52,773 bases of DNA, from contig JBFLXE010000001.1 in NCBI GenBank assembly GCA_040757455.1, forward strand, positions 1 through 52,773, in the 5' to 3' direction. A program made the position numbers and the translations under genes. Below the pieces are notes generated by a model. It did not search any database. It saw nothing but the letters and a program-made list of their open reading frames with translations, and was not told where the DNA came from. How positions within the stretch are numbered: the stretch's first letter is position 1; each line of letters opens with the position of its first letter. Source of the DNA: Nitrospirota bacterium (GTDB lineage Bacteria; Nitrospirota; Thermodesulfovibrionia; Thermodesulfovibrionales; SM23-35). Positions 37,113 through 46,032 of this stretch are shown here, one piece after another.

Positions 37113-38903
37113 TCATGGACTGGGTCTCAATGCCTTCAGATTAAGCTGCAGATGCCTGGTCCCTTCCCATTCATTAATGCAAGGGGTGAAGGCCGCATCA
37201 ACAGTGTTCAATGAACCTATTTTGTCTAAATAAAATGCCATATCGAAACCTATTGCATCAATAGACTGGCTCTTTTGTCTGAGTTTCATCTTCACATGGA
37301 CATCTTTGACTATTCTCGGGTTAAGCATTTCAAGCCCCTTTGAACCCAGGAGCGGCTCGGGGTTGCCTGCACCGAATGGTTCGAGCATCTCAATTTCCTT
37401 TATTAAATTCAATGTTATTTGGGAGAAGTCTATATCTGAATCGATCTTGAGGAGTGGTATGAAGTCTTCTTCTTCCAGGGTCTCCTTTGCAATTCTGTTG
37501 ATATATTCTTCAAAGTGTGCAATATTTTTCGCCTCTAATTCCAGGCCGGCAGCCTGCTTATGCCCTCCGTACCTTTTAAGGAGATCCTTGCATCGATCAA
37601 AGGCTTTGTATATATCAAAGGCTGCTATACTCCTTGCCGATCCCCTGCCAATACCTTCTTCTACAGAAATAATGACCGCAGGACGGCGGAAAACCTCCAC
37701 GATCCTCGATGCAACAATTCCAATTACTCCTCTGTGCCATCCCTCGGAGTAAATAACAATAACGGGCGCCATCTCCCTGCGTGCAAGCATCGAAAGTGCT
37801 TCTTGATATACCTTTTCCTCTATCTGCTGTCTTTCCGTATTCAGCCTGTCAAGTCGTGACGCGATTTCAATCGCATCATCTTCAGAATCGGTTAGAAGAA
37901 GCCTCACCACATCAGTAGGGTCGGAGATCCTACCAGCTGCATTGATTCGCGGTATGAGTGTGTACAGGAGAAGACCTGTTTTCAGAATTTTGCCGTTAAC
38001 CCCTGAAACCTCTTTCAACGCCTGCAGACCGGGTCTCGACCACCCTTCTATGAGCTTTAGTCCCTCTTTGACAATAATCCTATTCTCTCCAGTGACCGGC
38101 ACAACGTCCGCTATGGTGCCGAGGGATGCAAGGTCTAAAAAATCGTAAATCGTGATTCGTGGATGGTCAACTGATAAGGCTTGTGCGAGTTTGAATGCAA
38201 TCCCCGCGCCCGAAAGATGGGAGAAGTGAGATCTAAGATTAGAGATTTTGGGGTTAATAACAGCAATTGCGTCCGGAAGTGAGAAATTATTAAACGTGAT
38301 TCTTGATTCTGCATCTGGAAATCCCCCCACACCCCCCTTTTCCAAAGGGGGGACGGGGGGATTTTGGCTACTGATTACTGACTCATGACTTATGCGCGGT
38401 TCATGGTGGTCGGTTATAATGACATCAATACCCTCTTTTTTACATAGTGACACGGTTTCGATTGCACTAATGCCGCAATCAACAGTTATGATGAGTGTTG
38501 CACCTGTTTTTTTTGCTTTTTTTATGCACAGAGGCGTGAACCCATATCCATGTTCCATCCTGTTCGGTATGAAGTAATAGCTTTCTATCCCGACCATCTC
38601 CAATGCCTTCAGGACTATCGCTGTCGCCGTAAGCCCGTCTGCGTCAAAGTCGCCGTAAACAAGGACTTTTTCCCCTCTCTTAGAAGCTGCAACTATTCTG
38701 TCAACAGCTACTCCCATGTCTTGAATATCAAATGGATCAGATAATTGCGAAATGTTGGAATTCAGAAAGGAACTGATTTCTCCGGCTGTTTTTATACCCC
38801 TGTTTACAAGTATCTGAGCTAATACAGGTGAAATAGAAGCAGCTTTTGAGAGGTAGTTCAGGTATTCCTGATTGGTACGGTTAACGAACCATCGCCTGTG
38901 CAT
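37113..38903 (-). CDS. recJ: single-stranded-DNA-specific exonuclease RecJ
   Basis: It has DHH-family motifs (GDFDADG, TVDCG, ITDHH) and DHHA1 (GGHKQAAG). The start is placed at MHRRWF (38903) because the 7 upstream codons lie inside a heptamer repeat array. It contains a ~35-aa insertion after DHH. Confidence 0.9.
   Translation of the reverse strand: MHRRWFVNRTNQEYLNYLSKAASISPVLAQILVNRGIKTAGEISSFLNSNISQLSDPFDIQDMGVAVDRIVAASKRGEKVLVYGDFDADGLTATAIVLKALEMVGIESYYFIPNRMEHGYGFTPLCIKKAKKTGATLIITVDCGISAIETVSLCKKEGIDVIITDHHEPRISHESVISSQNPPVPPLEKGGVGGFPDAESRITFNNFSLPDAIAVINPKISNLRSHFSHLSGAGIAFKLAQALSVDHPRITIYDFLDLASLGTIADVVPVTGENRIIVKEGLKLIEGWSRPGLQALKEVSGVNGKILKTGLLLYTLIPRINAAGRISDPTDVVRLLLTDSEDDAIEIASRLDRLNTERQQIEEKVYQEALSMLARREMAPVIVIYSEGWHRGVIGIVASRIVEVFRRPAVIISVEEGIGRGSARSIAAFDIYKAFDRCKDLLKRYGGHKQAAGLELEAKNIAHFEEYINRIAKETLEEEDFIPLLKIDSDIDFSQITLNLIKEIEMLEPFGAGNPEPLLGSKGLEMLNPRIVKDVHVKMKLRQKSQSIDAIGFDMAFYLDKIGSLNTVDAAFTPCINEWEGTRHLQLNLKALRPSP
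38318..38364. repeat. palindromic G/C-tract repeat core inside recJ (encodes PPVPPLEKGGVGGF)
   Basis: aaatccccccacaccccccttttccaaaggggggacggggggattt is a near-perfect inverted repeat of C6/G6 tracts. It sits within a ~110-nt segment (about 38275-38390) that has no counterpart in the E. coli RecJ sequence as I recall it. Confidence 0.7.
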
Positions 38904-38910
38904 AAAGAAC

Positions 38911-38984
38911 GATACATGATACATGATGCAGGATGCAAGTCAGATTCAGGTCATCAGGAATCGTGCATCTTGTATCTTGCATCA
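38911..38984. repeat. inverted arrays of heptamer repeats (GATRCAN) in the secF-recJ spacer
   Basis: The forward array is gatacat gatacat gatgcag gatgcaa (38911-38938). After a 25-nt spacer, the reverse array tgcatct tgtatct tgcatca (38964-38984) is the reverse complement of gatgcaa gatacaa gatgca. The two arms can pair over ~15 bp. Confidence 0.7.
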
Positions 38985-39028
38985 GTCTTTATATCCTTCA
39001 ATAAACATGTTTTGTAGGACCCTTAAAG

Positions 39029-39940
39029 CTATTTCTTTGCAAAGGGCCTTTTCCCCTTCCAGAGCAACACGACCGGGCTTGCGACAAATATTGATGAATA
39101 AGTGCCAACCAGTATCCCTATTATAATCGCAAGGGCAAAATCGTGAATAACCTCCCCTCCGAATAAGAAAAGAGCCAGTGCTGCGAGCAGGGTTGTGAAG
39201 GACGTGATGATAGTTCTTGAAAGGACCTCGTTAATGCTCTGGTTTATGACGACTTCAACGGGATCCCTGAGCCTCGTCTTCAAATTCTCTCTTATTCTGT
39301 CAAAGACCACGACTGTATCTGTGAGTGAATACCCTGCAATGGCGAGAAGGGCTGACACGATAATAAGATTTATTTCGCGGTTGGTGATATAAAAGAAACC
39401 CAGTACTGCAAAAACGTCATGAAGCGTTGCAATCGTAGCCCCTATGCCAAACCTGAACTGAAACCTCCATGCAATGTAAACAAGGAGTCCAAGAGTGGCG
39501 GCAAGGATAGCCCACAAAGCATCCCCTTTCAGTCTCTCTCCAACCTTGGGGCCAATTTCGGTTGTCGAGTCAACAACAAGATTCTGATCCGTAAATTTTT
39601 GAGATAGCGCTGCAATTATTTTATCGGAAAATCCGCCAAGTGTCTCTTCCTTTTTTTTAACTCTTATCAGGACCTTTCTTTCGACGGGCATATCCTGCAG
39701 ATCGGAATCCCTTACCCCTCCTTCTTCGAGGGCCCTTCTCACCTCATTAAGAACAACGGGGTTCTCGAACTTTATCTGTACGGCGGTGCCTCCGATAAAA
39801 TCTATGCCCAGATTGGCAACCCCTCTCGCAATCTGTATAATCGCAATAATGCCAAGAGTAAAAATTATTCCGGAAAGGGCGAAGGCATAATATTTTTTGC
39901 TCATGAAATCAATCTTCGTTTTCTTCAGGAACTCTCTCAT
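39029..39940 (-). CDS. secF: protein translocase subunit SecF
   Basis: It is a 6-TM SecDF-family protein with IDFIGGT and has a 4-nt overlap with secD. Confidence 0.9.
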   Translation of the reverse strand: MREFLKKTKIDFMSKKYYAFALSGIIFTLGIIAIIQIARGVANLGIDFIGGTAVQIKFENPVVLNEVRRALEEGGVRDSDLQDMPVERKVLIRVKKKEETLGGFSDKIIAALSQKFTDQNLVVDSTTEIGPKVGERLKGDALWAILAATLGLLVYIAWRFQFRFGIGATIATLHDVFAVLGFFYITNREINLIIVSALLAIAGYSLTDTVVVFDRIRENLKTRLRDPVEVVINQSINEVLSRTIITSFTTLLAALALFLFGGEVIHDFALAIIIGILVGTYSSIFVASPVVLLWKGKRPFAKK

Positions 39941-41562
39941 ATACTTATGGTCTTCACCTGAAATTTACTCGTAATAACATCGAAAACAGTCTTCGTGCCT
40001 ATTAAGGCTGTAAAGAGATTTATGGCCACGCCAAGACTTAAAGTCACCGCAAAACCCTTTATCGGCCCTGTACCGAACTGGAAAAGAACCGCGGCTGTGA
40101 TCAGCGTTGTTACGTGAGAATCGAAGATCGTCCAGAATGCCTTGCTGTATCCTGAATCAATCGCAGCCACCGGTGTCTTGCCCGCCCGCAATTCTTCTCT
40201 TATTCTTTCGAACATAAGGACGTTGGAATCAACTGCCATTCCTATGGCAAGGATGATGCCGGCAATGCCCGGAAGAGTGAGTGTAGCATTCAAGGATGCC
40301 ATGGCGCCAAGAAGCAATATCACGTTTAGAAGTAGTGCGAAGTCAGCAATAACACCGGAAAGCCTGTAATAGAAAACCATGAATGCAACAACAGCTATAG
40401 TGGCGATTATGGCCGCAAGTTTGCCCGCTTCGATCGAATCTCTTCCCAGAGACGGCCCTACCGTTACATTCTGAAGCATTTTAAGGGGTGCGGGTAGTGC
40501 ACCTGCCCTCAATACGATGCTCAAATCCTTTGCCTCCTCCATCGTAAAATTTCCGGTAATCTGAGCGTCACCCCCTGATATCTTCTCCTGTATGACCGGG
40601 GCTGAATAAACAGTGTTGTCAAGGACTATAGCCAGTCTCCTTTTGACGTTTTCCCCTGTGATCTCTTCAAAGAGCTTTGCGCCCGCATCATTAAATGTAA
40701 GAGAGACGTAGGGTTCGTTAAATCTTTGATCAATATTCACCTTTGCGTCGCTGAGAAGGTCACCCGTAAGGACAGCTTTCTTTTTTATAAGTATCGGTAT
40801 CTTTACGGCCCTGCCCGTTTCCCTGTCTATCCTCTTCTCAAAAAGTATCTCGTCACCTTCTGGAATCCTCCCGGCGAATTCTTTCACGAGAGCTTCTTCC
40901 TCACCCGAAGATACTGCCTGGGGAAGCTCAGCAGCGATGGGAGCGTCATCATCCACAAGCTTGAATTCAAGCTGGGCAGTCTTGCCAATCAGTGTGATGG
41001 CGCGCTTCGGCTCCCTTACACCGGGCAGTTGAACCACGATCTCACTTTCTGCCTGTCTGTGAATGGTTGGTTCTGCAACACCAAACTGGTCGATCCTGTT
41101 TCGGATGGTTTCGAGTGCCTGATCCACAGCACTATCCTCTATTCTGCGTGCCTCCCTTTCGGATATCTTGTATGTGAGACGTGTTCCTGTCTCAGCAGCC
41201 GCGAGACCGGGATAATTGTCCTCAATGAGTCTTCTTATTTCGGAACTTGAGGGGCTCACCGTAATGTTCAGCCCGCTCACTTTCACTTCGGCTGTTATTT
41301 TCTTCCTTTCAAAAAGATTTTTCAGTTGTGATGCATATCTTTCTGTGGTTATTCCGACGGCCTTATCTCCTTCCACCTCGAAAACAAGGTGCAGACCTCC
41401 TTGAAGATCAAGCCCCATAACGACACCTTTGTCCGGCATGGTTTTCCGCCACCATTCAGGCATGTAATGAAAAGCGGGAGTACTGGGCAGGAAAAAAACA
41501 ACGGCAAGGATAAGAGTCACGCATATCAGTATTAACCGCCAGAGAACCTTCTTTTTCATCAC
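39937..41562 (-). CDS. secD: protein translocase subunit SecD
   Basis: It has an N-terminal TM helix, a large periplasmic domain (LGLDLQGG) and a C-terminal 5-TM SecDF domain. Confidence 0.9.
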   Translation of the reverse strand: MMKKKVLWRLILICVTLILAVVFFLPSTPAFHYMPEWWRKTMPDKGVVMGLDLQGGLHLVFEVEGDKAVGITTERYASQLKNLFERKKITAEVKVSGLNITVSPSSSEIRRLIEDNYPGLAAAETGTRLTYKISEREARRIEDSAVDQALETIRNRIDQFGVAEPTIHRQAESEIVVQLPGVREPKRAITLIGKTAQLEFKLVDDDAPIAAELPQAVSSGEEEALVKEFAGRIPEGDEILFEKRIDRETGRAVKIPILIKKKAVLTGDLLSDAKVNIDQRFNEPYVSLTFNDAGAKLFEEITGENVKRRLAIVLDNTVYSAPVIQEKISGGDAQITGNFTMEEAKDLSIVLRAGALPAPLKMLQNVTVGPSLGRDSIEAGKLAAIIATIAVVAFMVFYYRLSGVIADFALLLNVILLLGAMASLNATLTLPGIAGIILAIGMAVDSNVLMFERIREELRAGKTPVAAIDSGYSKAFWTIFDSHVTTLITAAVLFQFGTGPIKGFAVTLSLGVAINLFTALIGTKTVFDVITSKFQVKTISI

Positions 41563-41568
41563 CTCTCC

Positions 41569-41910
41569 CTAATCTTCTTCAGAAGGCGCCCTCAGTGCCG
41601 CAACATAGGCTTTGCCAAATTTCACCTTGACATTCTCGGCGATTTTGACCGTGATGGTATTCGTACCTACAGACTCAATGACACCATAGATTCCACCTGA
41701 AGTGACAATCTTATCTCCTTTTTTGAGATTTTGTATCATGGCTTTGTGGTCTTTTGCTCTTTTCTGCTGTGGCCTGATCAACAGAAAATAGAAAATGACA
41801 AAGATGAGAATAAGCGGTATCAGGCTGCCTATAAGACCTCCCGGACCTTGCCCGCCTCCCTGCGGCGCCGGCCCCATGGCATATGCTATATCTAAAATAT
41901 TTATTAACAT
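41569..41910 (-). CDS. yajC: preprotein translocase subunit YajC
   Basis: It has the YFLLIRPQQKR motif. GGAGGTG sits 6 nt before ATG 41910, while the track start at 41925 is a TTG lying inside the SD region. Confidence 0.85.
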   Translation of the reverse strand: MLINILDIAYAMGPAPQGGGQGPGGLIGSLIPLILIFVIFYFLLIRPQQKRAKDHKAMIQNLKKGDKIVTSGGIYGVIESVGTNTITVKIAENVKVKFGKAYVAALRAPSEED

Positions 41911-41939
41911 CCAACACACCTCCAAAATTTTTAGTTGAT

Positions 41940-41969
41940 AATATACCCGCTTTAAGCGGTTTTTATCAA
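41940..41969 (-). promoter_or_regulatory. candidate sigma70 promoter for yajC-secDF
   Basis: The minus strand reads TTGATA, an 18-nt spacer, then TATATT. The spacer holds a small hairpin (ccgct/agcgg), and the whole region forms a larger palindrome, gttgataa ... ttatcaac (41934-41970). Confidence 0.4.
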
Positions 41970-42098
41970 CTCACACTTATTAAGGAGTTCATAAGTAAGA
42001 CCGCCTTTGTTGTCATTCCTCCGCCAGAGGCGGATTGTCTGGTCGCCTTCTTAATTTGTTTTTGCTCTTTATTTTCTTTTATCCTAAGATAATATTTT

Positions 42099-43442
42099 AT
42101 GGCCAAGATATTTTTTTCCGGTATCGGTGGAAGCGGTATGTCAGCAATGGCAGGCTTTCTTGCCGACAAAGGTAATATCATCGCTGGCTCTGACCGTTTG
42201 TTCGACAGAATCCCTGATCATCCGCTCTCTGCCGTATTGAAATTCAAGGGCATAGAAATAGTTCCTCATGATGGCTCCGGAATTGACAGATCCTTTGATT
42301 TTGCTGTCTTCAGCACTGCTGTGGAAAAAGATCAACCTGACGCCGTTAAGGCAAGGCAATTAGGAATCACGGTCAAATTACGCCCCTATTTTTTGAACGA
42401 ATTAATCTCATCATATAAGACACTTGCTGTTGCAGGAACGAGTGGTAAATCGACCACAGCAGGGATGCTCGCTTTCTTGATGCAGAGACTTGGTTTGAAT
42501 CCGAATTTCATAGGTGGGGGCAGGGTCAAACATTTCAAAAGCCCGGATAATCTCGGGAATTCTCTTGCAGGAAGCTCGGATTTTCTCATCGCCGAAGCCT
42601 GTGAATCCGATGGCTCGATCATTGATTATCACCCTTTTCATGCAATCATTATGAGCCTGACCCTTGACCACAACCCCGTCGAAAAGACTGCGCTAATGTT
42701 CGAAGCTTTGAGCAATAATACAAAAGGGCTTGTGGTTGTTAACGCCGATGATTCAAATTTGGTACGCTGTAATTTCAAAAATCAGATCAAATTTTCCATC
42801 CACGCAAATTCTGAGTATAGGGCAGAAGATATCGAATATCGGCCATTAGGGACAACTTTTCAACTGAAAGGTGTAAATTTCAGACTCTCACTTCCGGGCG
42901 AGCATAACCTCTACAATGCTCTGTCATGCATCGCCTTGCTTTCAGAGATGGGAGTCAGACTTTCAGATATGCCAGATGTGCTCGCTGATTTTTCCGGACT
43001 TGACAGGCGATTCGATATTCATCTCAATGATGGCAGACATCTGGTTGTCGACGATTATGCACATAATCCCCACAAAATTTCCTTTCTCATGGAGACTGTC
43101 AAGAACATATGCCTCAGCGCCTGTTATGTTTTCCAGCCACATGGATTTGGCCCGACACGCTTAATGAAGCAGGGTTATATCGACATATTCGTACAGAAGC
43201 TTCGAGGTGACGATCACTTGATCTTATTTCCCATATATTATGCAGGAGGTTCCTCGCAGAAGGACATCTCAAGCGACGACCTGTGCCGTGAAATTAGAGC
43301 TGCGGGGAAATCTGTCGAAGTGCTGAAAGAGCGCTCTTTCCTTTTGAAACGTCTGCGGGAGTGGGATAATTATATTATTTTTGGAGCACGTGATGAGTCC
43401 CTCGCTGATTTTGCAGGGGAGATTGCATCGAGACTAAAATAA
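42099..43442 (+). CDS. Mur ligase family protein (MurC/Mpl-like), outside any dcw cluster
   Basis: It has the N-terminal GIGGSGMSAMA Rossmann-like motif, P-loop AGTSGKSTT, ACESD (in place of the ADESD of E. coli MurC as I recall it) and DDYAHNP. Confidence 0.7.
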   Translation: MAKIFFSGIGGSGMSAMAGFLADKGNIIAGSDRLFDRIPDHPLSAVLKFKGIEIVPHDGSGIDRSFDFAVFSTAVEKDQPDAVKARQLGITVKLRPYFLNELISSYKTLAVAGTSGKSTTAGMLAFLMQRLGLNPNFIGGGRVKHFKSPDNLGNSLAGSSDFLIAEACESDGSIIDYHPFHAIIMSLTLDHNPVEKTALMFEALSNNTKGLVVVNADDSNLVRCNFKNQIKFSIHANSEYRAEDIEYRPLGTTFQLKGVNFRLSLPGEHNLYNALSCIALLSEMGVRLSDMPDVLADFSGLDRRFDIHLNDGRHLVVDDYAHNPHKISFLMETVKNICLSACYVFQPHGFGPTRLMKQGYIDIFVQKLRGDDHLILFPIYYAGGSSQKDISSDDLCREIRAAGKSVEVLKERSFLLKRLREWDNYIIFGARDESLADFAGEIASRLK

Positions 43443-43492
43443 ATGTACTAAATGCGTTTGTATTAATATGAGATGATGAGGTCGGAGATACC

Positions 43493-44461
43493 GTGACTTA
43501 TACTGAGGCTTTAAAGAGTGGAGTAAGATTGATTAACCAGAACTGGCAGATCGTTTTAATACAGGTTATCGTCGTGATTCTTAGCAGTCTTGGCTTTTTC
43601 GTAATAGTCGGGATACCCTTTGCCATAGCCTTCATAATATTCGGAATTGACCTGACAAAGTTTACAGAAATAAGAGATATCCTGGAAATATTGAGGACTC
43701 CTTCCGAAATTATAACAAAATATATCGGTCTCTTACTCATAGTAGTCGTAAGTCTCTTCATATACCTCATCATGATCACGATTCTCAGTATTTATGCATT
43801 TGCCGGTTCTCTCGGAATCATTTGCAGGTCGGTCGTGGATAAGGAATTGAGATTCAGAGTCCAGATTTTTTTTGACGAGGCAAAAAAGAACTTTTCCAGA
43901 TTACTCGGTTTCACGCTTGTCATGGGGCTTATAATGGTCGTAATGGCCTTTTTTCTCGGCATCCTGGCCGGTGGCATAGGGGCTCTGGTATCTATTGCGA
44001 GGAGTCAAGATTCAATACTTGCGCTTTTCCTTGCTACCTTTTTTTCATTAATCTTAGCATTAATTGTGCTCACCGTTGTCCTCATAATACTGTCAGTAAC
44101 CTTATATGGAATCGCGCCGCTCCTTTTTAAGAGCATGGGACCTATAAAATCGGTGAAAGAATCAGTACGTTATTTAATCAGGCATCCCTACGCATTCTGG
44201 TTTTACGCTGCACTTTTCGGGGGATATCTGTTCGTCAGTCTGACACTGATTCTCATCAAATATCCTTTAACGCTACTGCCGATTATCGGCACGATACTCT
44301 CCTTCCCTTTACAGCTCATCTCTTATGCGTTCGAAACCTATCTCGGCCTCGTAATCATTGCCTCCATACTCACTTTTTACTATTCAACGGAAATCAGGAA
44401 AGAAGATGCTATTGAGAGTGTTCCCGATGAGGAAATGGCACAGGAGAAGGAATCAAGCTAA
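43493..44461 (+). CDS. polytopic membrane protein, function unknown
   Basis: It has a GTG start, about 6-7 hydrophobic helices and an acidic C-terminal tail. I recognise no family. Confidence 0.5.
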   Translation: MTYTEALKSGVRLINQNWQIVLIQVIVVILSSLGFFVIVGIPFAIAFIIFGIDLTKFTEIRDILEILRTPSEIITKYIGLLLIVVVSLFIYLIMITILSIYAFAGSLGIICRSVVDKELRFRVQIFFDEAKKNFSRLLGFTLVMGLIMVVMAFFLGILAGGIGALVSIARSQDSILALFLATFFSLILALIVLTVVLIILSVTLYGIAPLLFKSMGPIKSVKESVRYLIRHPYAFWFYAALFGGYLFVSLTLILIKYPLTLLPIIGTILSFPLQLISYAFETYLGLVIIASILTFYYSTEIRKEDAIESVPDEEMAQEKESS

Positions 44462-44478
44462 CTGTCTTTAGGATTATA

Positions 44479-45264
44479 TTATCTTCTGCCCAGCAGCCTC
44501 AGCGCTTTTTCATGAAGCTGCCGATTTCCGGACGCAAGCAAAGAGACAGTCTTTTTGAGGCTCACTTCAGCCGCTTCAATCGCATTTCCTTTAATGTCCG
44601 TGATAATACCCCCTGCCTCTTTAACAATAAGCCACCCCGCTGCAAAATCAAAACTCCGCGAGGGCGACGGATTGGCAAATATGCTGATCGACCCATTTGC
44701 GAGATATGAAAGATCAAGGGCGGTTGCGCCGAGACATCGCGTTTTCCTCGACTTTGCAAGAAGCGGCATTATATAAGGCAAATCTTTGTGGGGAGTCTGG
44801 GCTTCGTATGCCACGAGATAGAATTCTTCATCTTTCTGAGTAGTAATCATCTCGCCATTCAGGAATGCGCCCCTGCCTTTCCGTGCCCAAAACTCGTCAC
44901 CATTCACGAGATTTACAATGTATGCCAGCTCCATAGCCCCTATTGTATTGCCGTCAGCAATCGCGATCGATGTGCAGTAGAAAGGTATGCCGGATATTGC
45001 ATTTCTGCTTCCGTCGATGGGATCAATCAATACCCGTATGCCTCCTCCCTCTATGTTTTTGACGCCGAGTTCCTCGGAAATGACGGTCATGCTCTCCCCT
45101 GCCTTCATCAGGCCGTCCAGAACGATTTCTTCGGCTGTCCTGTCCACTTGATAAGTTGTATCACCCGATGCACCTACACCAAGAGATATCTTCATCTTTT
45201 TTTTGATCAAAGGGATTTCTCTCAGAAGATTCTTACCAATTGCTCTCAGCACCTCGATTTCCAT
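44479..45264 (-). CDS. inositol monophosphatase / fructose-1,6-bisphosphatase family protein
   Basis: It has DPIDGSRNA and FDFAAG...KEAGG motifs of the IMPase/FBPase (SuhB-like) family. Confidence 0.8.
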   Translation of the reverse strand: MEIEVLRAIGKNLLREIPLIKKKMKISLGVGASGDTTYQVDRTAEEIVLDGLMKAGESMTVISEELGVKNIEGGGIRVLIDPIDGSRNAISGIPFYCTSIAIADGNTIGAMELAYIVNLVNGDEFWARKGRGAFLNGEMITTQKDEEFYLVAYEAQTPHKDLPYIMPLLAKSRKTRCLGATALDLSYLANGSISIFANPSPSRSFDFAAGWLIVKEAGGIITDIKGNAIEAAEVSLKKTVSLLASGNRQLHEKALRLLGRR

Positions 45265-45371
45265 GGTGATATTTTACGGAAAGTGCAGGATACTGGCAAT
45301 AAAGGTGGGGAAGGCATAGCGGCTTTTAAATTATCCGATGTTCATGGCGGGTCTAAAAATTAGGTATTAAA

Positions 45372-45767
45372 ATGCAAAAAATTATTTTAAAATATAACTT
45401 AATGAAATGCCCTGATTGTGGTCATGAATGGGACGGAGCAAAATGTATCCACTGCGAGAAAAAATTACAAACCCCTCAACATGAAATAGAAGTCGAGTAT
45501 AAAGAATTTAAAATATCCGAATTACTGGAAATCCGGAAAAAGCACCGGAAAAAATCCCTTCCAAAAGGTCATCGGGAGAAAATTAAAGCCGACCTGAGAG
45601 GCAGAAATACACTAAATGATACTTCTTTATCCGGGGTGAATAAAATTCCGGCGGGATTATCACGCGGCAGGAAGAAGAGACTTCTCATCACGATGTTTGC
45701 TTTTTTATTGATTACGGCAACAATAACCGGTGCATTTTATTTTTTGCGCCTCTTTCTTCAACATTGA
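45372..45767 (+). CDS. zinc-ribbon protein with C-terminal transmembrane anchor
   Basis: It has CPDCGHEW...CIHC near the N-terminus, a basic linker, and the C-terminal TM helix LLITMFAFLLITATITGAFYFL. The start could instead be ATG 45402. Confidence 0.5.
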   Translation: MQKIILKYNLMKCPDCGHEWDGAKCIHCEKKLQTPQHEIEVEYKEFKISELLEIRKKHRKKSLPKGHREKIKADLRGRNTLNDTSLSGVNKIPAGLSRGRKKRLLITMFAFLLITATITGAFYFLRLFLQH

Positions 45768-45792
45768 CAGGTTGAAGACACGTAAGATTAAG

Positions 45793-45808
45793 ACTCAATT
45801 GAGTTTTT
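45793..45808 (+). terminator. weak terminator-like palindrome with T-run after the zinc-ribbon gene
   Basis: actcaattgagt is a 12-nt palindrome (effective stem only ~4 bp) followed by TTTT. Confidence 0.15.
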
Positions 45809-45861
45809 GAATCCCAATGATGTAGTATTTAAATATAGATTTTTTAAAAGAGTCCCCTATC

Positions 45862-46032
45862 GTGAACAATAAGATAGAAGAGGAAATCAAAAAAAAGGCC
45901 GTAAATGGCAGGCTCAGCTGCCCTCTCGCAAGAAAGATTGCAAGAGAACTCGCCATTCCACTCAAGGAAGTGGGCAAGACTGCCGATGAGCTTAAAATAA
46001 AGATTACGGATTGTGAGCTTGGCTGTTTCTGA
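45862..46032 (+). CDS. unannotated 56-aa ORF (VNNKIEEEIKKKAVNGRLSCPLARKIARELAIPLKEVGKTADELKIKITDCELGCF)
   Basis: My own translation; it is below the ORF-track cutoff. GTG is the first possible start after an in-frame TAG at 45823. It ends 20 nt inside the ccsA-like ORF. It has three Cys including a terminal C-x-L-G-C-F. The two opposite-strand track ORFs here have no recognisable features. Confidence 0.4.
   Translation: MNNKIEEEIKKKAVNGRLSCPLARKIARELAIPLKEVGKTADELKIKITDCELGCF

Noticed and set aside
38923-39126. 67-aa + strand ORF (MMQDASQIQVIRNRASCILHQ...) between recJ and secF
   Set aside because: It is generated by the heptamer repeat arrays and then runs antisense into secF. It has no RBS.
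41947-41964. Hairpin plus T5 run read as a + strand intrinsic terminator
   Set aside because: There is no + strand gene upstream to terminate. It sits in the spacer of the candidate yajC promoter and is more simply part of that palindromic promoter region.
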